Assembly (NCBI RefSeq): GCF_009914755.1 | Contig: NC_060933.1 | Strand: one strand, 5' to 3' | DNA length: 64,000 nucleotides | Source: the human T2T-CHM13v2.0 reference genome, Homo sapiens | Shown: positions 1 through 12,881 of the stretch, one piece after another | How positions within the stretch are numbered: the stretch's first letter is position 1 | Layout: every line of letters starts with the position of its first letter | Position numbers and translations under genes: made by a program | The notes under the pieces: generated by a model | Databases searched by the model: none | What the model saw: the letters and a program-made list of their open reading frames with translations, nothing else | What the model was told of the DNA's origin: nothing

Positions 1-201
1 GACCTTATTGTCCATATCATTACCAGGCTTTTCATCAAAGCCATTCCACAGGTATCTAGGAAGTTCCAAACTCTCTCACATTTTCCTGTCTGTTGAGCCC
101 TCCAAACTGTTCCAACCTCTGCCTGTTACCCAGTTCCAAAGTCGCTTCCACATTTTCGAGTATCTTTTCAGCAACACTCCACTCTCCTGGTACCAATTTA
201 C
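1..201 (-). mobile_element. THE1 internal sequence (ERVL-MaLR), 5' part, continuing out of the window
   Basis: Minus strand reads GTAAATTGGTACCAGGAGAGTGGAGTGTTGCTGAAAAGATAC immediately after the LTR end, matching the THE1-int start. Confidence 0.85.
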
Positions 202-554
202 TGTATTAGTCCATTTTCACACTGCTGATAAAGACATACCCAACACTGGGAAGAAAAAGAGGCTTAATTGGACTTACAGTTCCACACAGCTGGGAGGCCT
301 CAGAATCATGACGTAAGGCAAAAGGCACTTCTTATATAGTGGTGGCAGGAGAAAATGAGAAAGATACAAAAGCGGAAACCCCTGATAAAACCATCAGATC
401 TCATGAGACTTAATCACTACCATGAGAACAATATGGGGGAAACCTCCGCCATGATTCAAATTATCTCCCACCAGATCCCTCCACGACACATTGGAATTAT
501 GGGAGTAAAATTTGAGTTGAGATTTGGGTGGAGACACAGAGCCAAACCATATCA
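202..554 (-). mobile_element. THE1 (B/C/D-type) 5' LTR
   Basis: Minus strand starts TGATATGGTTTGGCTCTGTGTCTCCACCCAAATCTC and ends ...GGACTAATACA; about 350 bp. Confidence 0.92.
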
Positions 555-685
555 GCCTCCGTAATCATGTGAACAAATTCCTTATAATAATCAATAAATT
601 ATCAACAATTATCTATCTATCTATAACTATGGCACACACCTGATCTCATTTAATTTTCACTGTAACCCTGGATAGATAGATAGAT

Positions 686-728
<43 letters not shown>

Positions 729-1003
729 GTAGAAAGAGAAATATGGAAGCCCACTGGAGAAAAAAAAGTATAAAACCCTGGATGGGTTGATATCAGCAAG
801 AGAGCTTTGATAAAGAGCCAACATTACAAGGCTTTATCCCTTCCCAATTATGCTAAGAATACAGTGGGCTTTCAGATGTACCAATAAGATATATAATTTA
901 TATATGTATTTACATAAGTATTTTTATATAGACCACTTTCTTATTAATATATTTAATCATATGTCTACTGTTACCATTTCTCAGGAGACTCCTCACTAAT
1001 ATA
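555..1003 (+). mobile_element. MLT2-type LTR 3' portion, interrupted by THE1 and by a complex insert
   Basis: GCCTCCGTAATCATGTGAACAAATTCCTTATAATAA (555-590) and CTACTGTTACCATTTCTCAGGAGACTCCTCACTAATATA (965-1003) resemble the MLT2 U5 end. Confidence 0.5.
671..728 (+). repeat. (GATA)n tetranucleotide microsatellite
   Basis: Direct reading; one GAT interruption. Confidence 0.97.
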
Positions 1004-1507
1004 ATGCTGGAGGAAAGGGAGAAGGAGAAGGCAATGATGACGCCCAGGTCTGGCACCTAGAGGTGTTGCCAAGTGTTAGTCATTGAACAATAACTGTACT
1101 GAAAATGTAAAAAAAAAATAACTTTCCACCTTTCAGATTATGACAGTTTTCCATTCCACCCCCCCAACTTTTTAGCAAGCACAAATTCATCAAAGCTATA
1201 TATTTTTTTCAAACTCAAATACATGTATATTTAGTTCTTTTTCTCTGAGTGGGTTTGGCCCTTGATGTATAATTTTCCTCCCTATGTTGAGTTGATGAGA
1301 CTGAATAACTGAAGGAGTTAAGTTTTGGTATAAGTTGCTTGTTAGCTGTACTGAACATTTGAGAGAGAAAAAACACTATAAAATCCTGGATGGGTTTATA
1401 TCAGCAAGAGTAAGAGTGTGGAGAGGCTGGGTAAAAAGCAAACATTACAAGACTTTATCCCTTCCGTTCCCAATTATGCTGAGAAAACAATGGGCTTCCA
1501 GATGTAC
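757..1507 (+). repeat. Local diverged direct duplication: 757-881 vs 1365-1507
   Basis: Shared blocks TATAAAA.CCTGGATGGGTT.ATATCAGCAAGAG and AACATTACAAG.CTTTATCCCTTCC...CAATTATGCT.AGAA.ACA.TGGGCTT.CAGATGTAC. Confidence 0.9.
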
Positions 1508-2611
1508 TGTGGGGAACAAGATAACCAAGGTTTTCTTTAACTCACTACCTCCAAGTCCCATTTTCAAATTGTGCACTTGACTTCATTTAAAAGATCAAAT
1601 ACTAAAGTCTTGAAACACACACATACACACTCACAAAAACACACATACATACATACACATTATAGGTACTTAAGAAAGAAGTGGCTACTTATGCTGCTGA
1701 AAGGATCTTGGTGAGCTCTTGACTTTCAAGGAGGTCATTTATGGTTTTCTTTTTTCCGTTTTTCTTCTGCTAATGGTTTCCTTTAATGTTATCTTCCCTT
1801 TGATGATTTATCTGTTTGATAGAGACTCCAAAGAAGGTAACAAGGAAAATGAGATACTAAAAATGGTTCTCAGCTGACTTAAAAAAAGATTTTTAAGGCA
1901 GCAAATTGTCCATGGCAACCATACACAACTTACAAGCATTCTAAGGACCCAGAAACATTTTCATGACAGGAGCTACGCAATATTCACCAGCTCTTCCTGT
2001 GTCAATACTGTCTGGTAGGATGGAATTAGTGGAAATTAGAACATGCACCCTGAATAAATACAGACCCAGTTAAGAAACACAGGTTATTTATAATACGGCC
2101 TAAATTCTATTAGAGGTTACATCTCCGAGCCTCTAGAGATGGAAGTCAAAATTAAAAAAAAGGGAGTTGCAAATTTTTAATAGCTATGAAACTGGTCTTC
2201 AAACAAAATCTTATACTGATGTCCAATACAAATTGAAAGCTGGAATAGGCCCCTTACCAATTCTCTTTGTCCATTCCAGTGTCCTGAAACAAATTCATGG
2301 GACTATAAGACTTTCATAGAGAAAGTCTGAAAGCTGTTTGAAAACCACTCCTTCAGGCAATGTATAGAATGCGTCATAAACTCATTCATGGAAAATGATG
2401 CTTGACATTTTGAAGTGTTTATTATGAGAATGGTGATAAATGCATAAGTTTGGCATTCTTTACATAATCCATAGCAATGTATGTGGAAGAAAGCATTTTT
2501 AATAGATACTGTCATGTGTTTAGTTTGTAAATAAAATCTTTTAAAATTATTGCCTATGACAACTAATTAAGATTTTGGTGGATTAGTATCTCATGAGAAA
2601 GTTATTTACAG

Positions 2612-3409
2612 GCATCCACTTCTAGCAATATGACAGACATGAATCCTGGAATCCTCCAGATATAAAACATCTGGGGATGTGGGGTACAAGAACACACACA
2701 TACAGACATATACACACATACTTTTAAATCAATGAAAGATAACGGAAGAGGTAAGAATCATCTGAGGCTAAGAACAAAACAAAACAAACCAGTCTATGAA
2801 GGAAAATGATTATTGAAACTTCCACATCCCTTGAGTACATGTATAGAACTCTGTGACCAAGAGGTTTCACACGTAAAAGTTCACAGGAAGGAGGGGGCTG
2901 TGTTCTAAGTCTTGGGATTGTACAGACTAGATGGCCTTAGGGTCTAACCCACATAATGCCAAGCTGAGGGAGTGTACTTATTTGTAAAAATCAATTGTAA
3001 CATTTTCAGGAATTTTGCCAGCTGAATGGCTTCATACTAGTGGCTTTAAATAAGCCATAGTGAGAGTATTTACTCCACAGAAACCCACATAGGCTATAAA
3101 GTAGGGCACCCTTTTCTTGTCAGACAGTAATTTGCTAAATATTTACCTGTACATCACTGGCTACTTTAATAAGAGAAAGCATAGTTTAAATGAAATGAAA
3201 ATCCCACAGAGAAGCAAACAGAAAAAAAAAAAATGTCTGTCATGTTCTAAGTTCTGGGTAGAGGTGAAAAAAAGGAAAGAAAACCAAAAACCTTCCTCTG
3301 AGATTTCAAAGCTACCTTTGGCTCTCAAAATATTTACTCCTGAAAACACAGAATTTGCATGGGTAAAAAACTTTCTAAGGCAAAAATTTTTAAGTTAAAT
3401 TTTAAGTTG
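2612..3409 (+). mobile_element. Ancient HAL1/L1M 5' region fragment
   Basis: CACTTCTAGCAATATGACAGAC start and weak similarity further on; a HAL1 ORF1-like segment resumes near 12100. Confidence 0.35.
2955..3160 (+). mobile_element. MER63A-like hAT-Blackjack MITE
   Basis: TTTTCAGGAATTTTGCCAGC...GCCATAGTGAGAGTATTTACTCCACAGAAA...ATTTACCTGTACATCACTGG terminus. Confidence 0.7.
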
Positions 3410-3424
3410 GAATCTAGAGCTGGG

Positions 3425-3543
3425 ACCCCTTCCACCATGTGAGGATACAATGAGCATGCACCATCTATGAACCTGGAAGCAGGCCCTCACAGGACACCAA
3501 ATCTGCCAGCATCTTGGTTTTGGGCTTCCCAACCTCCAGAACT
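3425..3543 (+). mobile_element. MLT1A0-type MaLR LTR fragment (R region, TSS to splice donor)
   Basis: ACCCCTTCCACCATGTGAGGA...CTATGAACCTGGAAGCAGGCCCTCAC...CTTCCCAACCTCCAGAACT; the U3/TATA upstream and GTGAG...U5 downstream are both absent. Confidence 0.88.
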
Positions 3544-4991
3544 CCCTTAGAGTCGGAATATTGGTTGTTGTCAGGCACAGCTTTCCGTTGTGCTGGGAAA
3601 CACTCAGATGGCAGAATGGGTAATTCTACCCATTCCTGCCTCTCATAGCCAAACAAGCCATGCCTGCTAGAGCTTCCAACCCAGCAGTCCTAATTCTGCC
3701 TGAATTTGCTGAGGGGTGTGTCCAGGAAACAGCCAGACAGCAGGGCAGGCAACTCATCCACTCCCACCTCTGGTAGCCAGACAGGCCACACCTGCTACAG
3801 CTTCCAGCTCAGTGGTCCCACTTCTGCCTTAACTCTGTGGGCAGGTGCAACCCCATTTTCCCCCAGGAAGCACTCAGACAGCAGATTCAGGCTGACCCAG
3901 CAAGGATATGACCTGTATGTCATCTATGGTCCCTGCCAGAGAGAACCTATGAATCAGAACACCCCCTACCCCCCAAAAAAGGAACAACAACAACAACAAA
4001 AAGAAACATGGGCACAGAGCTAAAAGATGAAATAGCTATTTTACGAAAGAACTGAACTGAATTGTTAGAACTGAAAAAACTCACTTCAAGAACTTCATAA
4101 TGCAATCACAAGTATTAACAACAAAAGTGACCAAGCTGAGGACAAAATCTCAGCACTCAAAGACTGTCTCTGCAAAATAACTTCAGTCAGAGAAAAATAA
4201 AGAAGCATAAAGAAAACTTCAGAGAAATATGGTATTATGTAAAAAGACCAAATCTATGACTCACTGGCATCCCTGAAAGACAGGGAGAGAAAGCAAGAAA
4301 CTTGGAAAACACATCTGAGGATGCCATTTCCCCAACCTAACTAGACAGGATAACATTCAAATCCAGGAAATGCAGAGAACTCATGCGTGATACTATACAA
4401 GATCATCATCCCCAATACACATACTCATCAGATTCTCCAAGAATGAAATGAAATAAAAATGTTAAAGGCAGCTAAAGAGAAGAGGCAGGTCACCTACAAA
4501 GGGAACCCCATTAGGCTAACAGTGGAACTTTCACCAGAAACATTACAAGCCAGAAGAGATTTGAGTCCTATATTCAGCAATGTTGAAGAATAGAAATTCC
4601 AACCAAGAATTTCATATCCAGCCATACTCAGCTTTATAAGTGAAAGAGAAATAAGATCATTTTCACAAAGCAAATGCTGAGGAAATTCATTAACAAGAGA
4701 CCTGCCTTATAAGAAGTCCTTAAGGGAGTACTAAATATGGAATGGAAAGAACATTACTGGCCACCACAAAAACACACTTAAGTACATAGACATTGACACT
4801 ATAAAACAACCACATATCAAGTCTGCAGAATAAGTAGCTAACAACCCATTGACAGGATCAAACTCACATATATCAACATTAACCTTGAATGTAAATGGGC
4901 TAAATGTCCCAATTAAAAGGCACAGTTGGATAAAGAAGCAAGGCCCAACTGCATGCTGTCTACAAGGGACCCATCTCAAATTCAATGGCAC

Positions 4992-5576
4992 TGTGACTGT
5001 TAATCTTAGGTGTCAATTTGGTTGGATCGATGGATGCCTAAATAGCTGGTAAAGTATTGTTTCTGAGTGTGTCTGTGAGGGTGTTACCAGAGGAGACTGA
5101 CATTTGAGTCAATGGGCTGGGAAAGGAAGACCCACCCTCAATGTGAGTGGGCACCGTCCAATCAGCTGCCAACATGGCTAGAACAAGGCAGGCAAAAGAA
5201 GGAGGGATAAGCTGACTTGCTGAGTCTTCTGATTTTCATCTGTCTCCTATTCTGGATGATTCCTTCTGATCCTCCTGCCTTTGGACATCAGACTCGAGGT
5301 TCTTTGACCTTTGGATTCTTGGACTTATGCCAGTGATTTGCCAGGGGCTGTCAGGCCTTCAGCCACAGACTGAAGGCTGTACTGTCAGCTTCCCTGCTTT
5401 TGAGGCTTTTGGACTCAGACTGAGCCACTACTGGCTTCTTTCTTCTCTAGCTTGCAAATGGCCTATTATGGGACTTCGCCTTGTGATTGTGTGAGCCAAT
5501 TCTCCCTAATAAACTCCCTTTCATATATACATATACCCTATTAGTTCTGCTCCTCTGGAGAACCCTGACTAATACA
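4992..5576 (+). mobile_element. MLT2A/B (HERV-L) solo LTR inserted in the L1 ORF2 endonuclease region
   Basis: TGTGA...TTAATCTTAGGTGTCAA...GAGAACCCTGACTAATACA; 5-bp TSD GGCAC/GACAC. Confidence 0.92.
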
Positions 5577-7942
5577 GACACCATAAGCTGGATCCAAAGA
5601 ATGGAGAAAAATCTACTAAGCAAATAAAAACAGAAAAGAGTAGGGGTTGCTATTCTAATTTCATACAAAAGAGACTTTAAACTAACAACAATCAAAAAGA
5701 CAAAGAAGGGCATTAAATAATGGTAAAATGTTAAATTCAACAAGAAGACCTGACTATCCTAAATACACATACACCCAACACAGGAGTACCCAAATTAATA
5801 AAGCAAGTTCTTAGAGACCTACAAAGAGACATAGGCTCCCAACAATAATATTGGGAGACTTCAACACTCCACTGACAGTATTAGACAGATCATAGATTCA
5901 GGAAATTAACAAAGATACTCAGGACCTAAACACAACATTGGAACAAATAGATCTGATAGACCTTTACAGTACTCTTCACCCCAAAACACAGAATATACAT
6001 TCTCCTCATCTGCACATGGCACATACTGTAAAATTGACCACACAGTTAGCCATAAAACAGTCCTCAGCAAACTAAAACAAAATCATACCAAATACACTTT
6101 TGGACCACAGTGCAATAAAAATAGAAATCAATACTAAGAAAAATTACTCAAAACCATATGGTTACATTGAAATTAACCTGCTCCTGAATTACTTCTGGAT
6201 GAACAATGAAATTAAGGCAGAAATCAAGAAATTCTTTGAAACTAATGAGAACAAAGACTCAACATACCAGAATATCTGAGACACAGTTAAAGCAGTGTTA
6301 AGAGAGTTTATAGCACTAAATGCCCACATGAAACAGTTGGAAAGATCTCAAATTAGCAACCTAACATCATACGTAGAGGAACTAGAGAAATAGGAGCAAA
6401 CCAACCACAAAGCTAATAGAAGATAAGAAATAACAAAAATAATAGCTGAACTGAAGGAAAATGAGACTCAAAAAACCATACAAAAAACCAGCAAACGCAG
6501 AAGATGGTTATTTGAAAGAATAAATAAGATTGACAACCACTAGCTAGACTAATAAAAAAGAGAGAAGATCCTAATAAACGCAAACAGAAATGACAAAGGG
6601 GACATTAACACTGGCCTCACAGAAATATAAACAATTCTTCAGAGGCTACTATAACCACCTCTATGCACCCAAACTAGAAAACCTAGAATAAACAGATACA
6701 TTCCTGGAAACATACAACCTCCTAAGATTAAACCAGGAAGAAACTGAATCCCTGAACAGACCAATCATGAGTTCTGAAATTGAATCAGTAATAAAAAACA
6801 CACCAAACGGAAAAGGCCCAGGACCAGATGAATTCACAGCCAAATACTACCAAATGTACAAAGAAGAGGTGGTACCATTTCTACTGACACTGTTTCAAAA
6901 AACTAAGGAGGTGGAACTCCTCCCTAAATCATTCTATGAGGCCAGCATCATCCTGATACCAAAACCTGGCAGAGAAGCAATAAAAAAAGAAAACTTCACG
7001 CCAATATCCTTGATGAACACAGAAGCAAAAATTGTCAACAAAATACTAGGAAACTGAATCCAGCAGCAAATCAAAAAGCTAATCCACCACAATCAAGTAG
7101 GCTTTAATCCTGGGATGCAAGGTTGGTTCAACATATGCAAATCAATAAATGATTCACCACATAAACAGAACTAAAAACAAAAACCACATGATCATCACAA
7201 TAGATGCAGAAAAGGCTTTCAATACAATTGAACATCGCTTCATGTTAAAAACCCTCAACAAACTAGGTATTGAAGGAACACACCTCAGAATAATGAGAGC
7301 CATATATGGCAGACCCACAGCCAATATCATTCTGAATGGGCAAAAGCTGGAAGCATTCCCCTTGATAATTGGAACAAGGTCAGGATACCCACACTCATCA
7401 CTCCTATTCAACATAATACTGGGAGTCCTAGACAGAGCAATCAGGCAAGAGAAAGCAATAAAAGGCATCCAAATAAGAAGAGAGGAAGTCAAATTATCTT
7501 TGTTTGCACACAATATGATTATATACCTAGAAAACCCCATAGTCTCTGCCCAAAAGCTCCTAGATCTAATAGAAAATTTCATCGAAGTTTCAAGATACAA
7601 AATCAATGTTCAAACATCAGTAGCATTTCTATACACCAACATCCAAGTTGGGAGCCAAATCGAGAATCTGATCTCATTCACAATAGCCACAAAAAGAATT
7701 AAATACCTAGGAATACAGCTAACTAGGAAGATGAAAGTTCTCTGCAACAAAAATTACAAAACACCACTCAAAGAAATCAGAGATAACACAAACAAATGGG
7801 AAAACATTCCATGCTCAAGGATAGGAAGAAACATTATTGTTAAAATGGCCATACTTCACAAAGCAATTTTACAGATTATCTATTTCTATCAAACGACCAG
7901 TGACATTCTTCAGATAATTAGAAAAGGCTGTTTTAAAATTCA

Positions 7943-8400
<458 letters not shown>

Positions 8401-9802
8401 CTAGTACAAAAACAGACACATAAACAAATGGAACAGAATACAGAGTCCAGAAATAATACTGCACACCTACAACCATCTGATCCTTGACAAAGCTGACAAA
8501 AATAAGCAATGGGGAAAGGACTCTGTATTCAATAAATGGTGTTGGAATAACGTCTAGCCATATGCACAAGATTAAAGCTGATGCTTCCCTTTTTTACACC
8601 ATATACAAAAATCAACTCAAGATGCATTGAAGACTTAAATGTAAAACCTAAAACTATAAAAAAAAAACTCTGGAAGATAATCTAGGAAATACTATTCTGG
8701 ACATAGGCCCTGGCAAAATTTCATGATGAAGTAGCCAAAAGCAATCGAAACAAAAATAAAAATTGACAGATGGGACCTAATTAAACCAAAGAGCTTCTGT
8801 ACAGCAAAAGAAACTATCAACAGAGTAAACAGACAACATGCAGAATGGGAGAAAATATTTGCAAATTATGTATTCAACAAAGGTCTAATATCAGAATCTG
8901 TAAGAAACATAAACAAATAAACAAGCAAAAACCAAATGACCCCATTGAAAAGTGGGCAAAGGACATTAATGAATGCTGTTCAAAGGAAGACATACATGTG
9001 GCCAACAAGCATATAAAAAAATACTCAACATCACTAATCATTAGAGAAATGCAAACCAAACCACAATGAGATACCATTTCACACCATTTAGAGGGCTTTT
9101 ATTAAAAAGTCAAAAAATAAGAAATGCTGGCAAGGTTTCAGGCAAAAGGGAATGCTTACACATTGCTGGAGGGAATGTAAATTTGTTCAGCCATTGTGGA
9201 AATCGATCTGGCAATTTCTCAAAGAACTCAAAACAGAATTTTCATTTGATCCAGCAATCCCATTATTGGGTATATACCCAAAGGAATATAAATCATTCTG
9301 CCATAAAGTCACATGCACGAGTGTGTTCATCACAGCAGTATTCACAATAGCAAAGATATGTAATCAACTTAAATGCCCACCAGTGATAGAGTGCATAAAG
9401 AAAATGTAGTATATATACACCATAGAATATTATACAACTATAAAAAAGAATGTGATTATGTCCTTTGTAGGAATATGGATGGAGCTGGAGGCCATTAACC
9501 TAAGCAAACTAATGCAGAAACAGAAAACCAAATACTGTGTATACCCACTTAAAAGTAGGAGCTAAACACTGAGTACACATAGACACAAAGAAGTGAACAA
9601 CAGACTCCGGGGCCTACTTGAGGGTGGAGGGTGAAAGGAGGGAGGGGAATAAAAAAACTACGTATCAAGTACTGGGCTTATGACTTGGGCAGAAATAATC
9701 TGTACCAAACCCCTAAGACACACAATTTATCTATGTGTCAAACCCGCACATGTTTCCCTGAACCTAAAATACAAGTTAAAAAAAAAAAAAAAAAAGAGAG
9801 AA

Positions 9803-10089
9803 GGCCCAGGTATGGTGGCTCATGCCTGTAATCCCAGCACTTTGGGAGGCCAATGTGGGAGAATTGCCTGAGCCCAGGAGTTTGAGACTAGCCTGAGCAC
9901 ATGGCAAAATGCTATCTCTATCAAAAATTAGCTGACCATGGTGGCATATGCCTATGGTTCCAGCTACTCAGGAGCCGGAGTTGGGAGGAGCACTTAAGCC
10001 TGGGAAGTTGAGGCTGAAGTGAGCCGTGATCATGACACTGCACTCCAACCTGGGTGACAGAGCGAGACTCTGTCTCAAAAAAAAAAAAG
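9803..10089 (+). mobile_element. AluJ directly after the L1 polyA
   Basis: J diagnostics GAGCCCAGGAGTTTGAG, GAGGCTGAAGTGAGCCGTGATC. Confidence 0.93.
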
Positions 10090-10102
10090 AAAGAAAGAAG
10101 GA

Positions 10103-10150
<48 letters not shown>

Positions 10151-10274
10151 GAGAAAGAAAGAAAGGAAAGAGAGAGACAGAGAGAAAGAAAGAGAGAGAG
10201 AGGGAGGGAGGGAGGAAGGAAGGAAGGAAGGAAGGAAGGAAGGAAGGAAGGAAGAAAGGAAGGAAGGAAGGAAA
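10090..10274 (+). repeat. Compound polypurine microsatellite (GAAA)n/(GA)n/(GGGA)n/(GGAA)n
   Basis: Direct reading; includes (GGAA)10 GAAA (GGAA)4 at 10214-10273. Confidence 0.97.
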
Positions 10275-11800
10275 GAATCTAGAGCTGGGTTGGAGAGGTA
10301 TAAAATGAGCCAAGAACATCTTGTTTTGCCAGAAAGCAAGGAAATGATCCAAGAATGTTGAGAACATGTCAACATGACACAGAACCAGTTTGAAAGGCCA
10401 AATCTGGCAAAATTTGTGTCCCATCAATACCAAGTGATATTATTTACCAATAGAAAAGAACAAATAACTAAGACCCACAAAAACATGGTGAATCTCAAAT
10501 AATCATGGTAAATGAACAAAAGGAGATGGTAAAGACTACATACCATAGGATTCCACTTATATAAAATGCTAGGAAAGATAGAAACACATTGATTGTTGCC
10601 AGGAGTACATATTGAGGGGCAACAGAATAACTCCTAATGGGCACTAGGAAACTTCAGGGTGATGAAATTATTCTGTATTATGATTACGGTGGTGGCTTCC
10701 CTAATAAAGCTGATGAAAAAGAAAAGAAAGCTGCTATTAATCTTTTAACATCAAAGTAGACTTTAGGGCAAGAAGCATGACTGCACAAAAAATGGGATAT
10801 TTCATTAAGATGAAGAAATCAATCTGCCAGGGAAATGTTAGAATTCTAAAGCTATATGCCCCAAATAATGTAGCTTCACCATACATATAAAGCAAAAATT
10901 CTGAGAACTGGAAGGAGAAATAGATAATTCCACAATCATAGAGAGAACAAGTACAGTTTCCATGCAAAAATCTCTAAAGTAACAATTAAAAACAAATTTG
11001 ATCGTGTTGACATTTCTAAACCATTACACCCAACCACTGCAGAGTACACATTCTTCTCAAGTGTATATGGAATATTAATCAAAATCAATCATATTCTAGG
11101 TCAAAGAACATGTCTCAACAAATTTTAATGATTTACAGTATGTTCTCTGAATATAGTGGAAATAAGCTATGAGAAATGTTAAAAAAAAAAATAGAAATTC
11201 CCTAACTACTTGTGCAAGAAGAAAGAATTTATCTGGTCTTTTTTCTTTGGTTCCGCTTTCCTGACACACAGCTTCCAAAACCCTCAGAATCTCCTAATAG
11301 GAGTGTCTTTTGTTATTCATAACTTTTTATTATTGTGTCACTAGTATACCTGAGTTTCTACTAGTGGGGTGACTCATGAAAAGCCCTTAGATACTGTTGA
11401 GGAAGAGTCTGGTCATGTCAGAAAAACCAAGCAACTGATTAGAGGATTAAAACTATTGTCTGTTGAAGAAATTGAGTATATAATTTAAAACCCTCAAAGA
11501 AAACAATCTCCCGATCCAAATCACTTCACCATTCAATTTTTCCAACTATTTAAAAACTAATCTCACAAATCTAATAAATAAATTAACCTCGTAGAAATTA
11601 TTCCAGAAAACAAGAAAAAAGTAGGTTCCATCCTAAGTAATTTTCTGAAGACAAAATAACTTCGATACTGAAATCTGACAAAAACATTACAAAAAAAGAA
11701 AATTGCAAGGTGATCTCTCTCATAAGTATATGTGCAAAAATCCTAAATAAAATATTAGCGAATGAATCCAGTGATAACTGAATAATGTCTATCACATTCT
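10275..11800 (+). mobile_element. Patchwork of old L1M fragments (L1MC4-like 3' end, L1ME/MD 3' end, ORF2 EN/RT pieces)
   Basis: GAACATCTTGTTTTGCCAGAAAGCAAGGAA; AAAACATGGTGAATCTCAAA...GATTCCACTTATATAAAATG; CAAAGTAGACTTTAGGGCAAG; AGCGAATGAATCCAG. Confidence 0.75.
11211..11455 (+). mobile_element. MER21 (ERVL LTR) fragment
   Basis: TAGGAGTGTCTTTTGTTATTCATAAC...CCTGAGTTT...GGTGACTCATG...GATTAGAGG. Confidence 0.75.
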
Positions 11801-11879
11801 AGTGTTGCAGATATCTCAAAATATTGTTTACATTCATTATTGAAATTAAAGTAGTTATCAGACATGCCACTATATATTA

Positions 11880-12098
11880 TTCACTGTACTAGTGATCAAT
11901 ACACATATGTATCACTGATTTTTTATAAATTTTAATAACTGTATTTTGTAGAACTTGTTTTCATTTTAAATAAAATGTGTTCCTTTTTAATCCTGTGTAT
12001 TCTGTTTTGTATAGTTCAAAACATACTTCTAAGAAGGGTACATTGACTTCGCTAGACTGTCACAGTGATTAGTGGCACAAAAAAGGCTAAGATGTCCT
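11880..12098 (+). mobile_element. hAT-Charlie family fragment (MER113-like end)
   Basis: TTCTAAGAAGGGTAC...TAGACTGTCA...TGGCACAAAAAAGGCTAAGATGTCCTG. Confidence 0.5.
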
Positions 12099-12099
12099 G

Positions 12100-12500
12100 T
12101 TTTAGAGTGATGCTTATAATTGACCTGTTCCACCCACATGTTCAGAGCTTCCAAGCAGATATTATATATCCTACTTTTAAAAATGAGTAGATAATCAAGG
12201 ACCCAGAGACACATGAAGAAAACATCGCATATAAAATACAGTGATTAAATAAGTAAATGGCAGAGGGAGCGGAGGCTCAGTAACCCAGAGAAACAGAGAC
12301 TATGCAGGAAGAAGACAATTAAAATGAAAACAATATTTTCAAACAGATAAAGCTATTGCATTCATTAAATTAGAATGGATCATTACATTTAAGGTACATT
12401 CAGATAATTTCAAACACTTTTAGAAATTAAAATTCCAATAAGAGAAGTGAAGAAATAGAAAACTGAAAGATAAGGGTGAAGAAATCTATCAGAAGATAGT
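12100..12500 (+). mobile_element. HAL1 ORF1-like fragment
   Basis: AAATGAGTAGATAATCAAGGAC...GAAACAGAGACTATGCAGG...GAAAGATAAGGGTGAAGAAATC. Confidence 0.65.
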
Positions 12501-12558
12501 GTTGGAGACACCAGTATGAACTTTTGTTAGCTTAATACAGATATAAATGGTTACACAT

Positions 12559-12609
<51 letters not shown>

Positions 12610-12836
12610 AAATCAGCTAATATAGTCACATATGTTTTTTTGCTCTGTCTGCTGAGAGGTCTAGAAACAATGGTAACCCAGTAGTAACAAACTTACCTAG
12701 TGTCCAGATTTGGTTTCTAATGCCCATTCTCCGATAACAGGATCCAGAGATCCTTGTATAAATGGCTGGTTCTAGGACTGGGATAAGAAATATAAATGAT
12801 AATCCTGGAGAATTTTGTAGTGCCAGAAAGTAAAGA

Positions 12837-12881
<45 letters not shown>

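Noticed and set aside
9921-10433. Lys/Glu/Arg-rich and Phe/Leu/Ser-rich ORFs, also at 15318-15675
   Set aside because: Translations of GAAA/GGAA microsatellites
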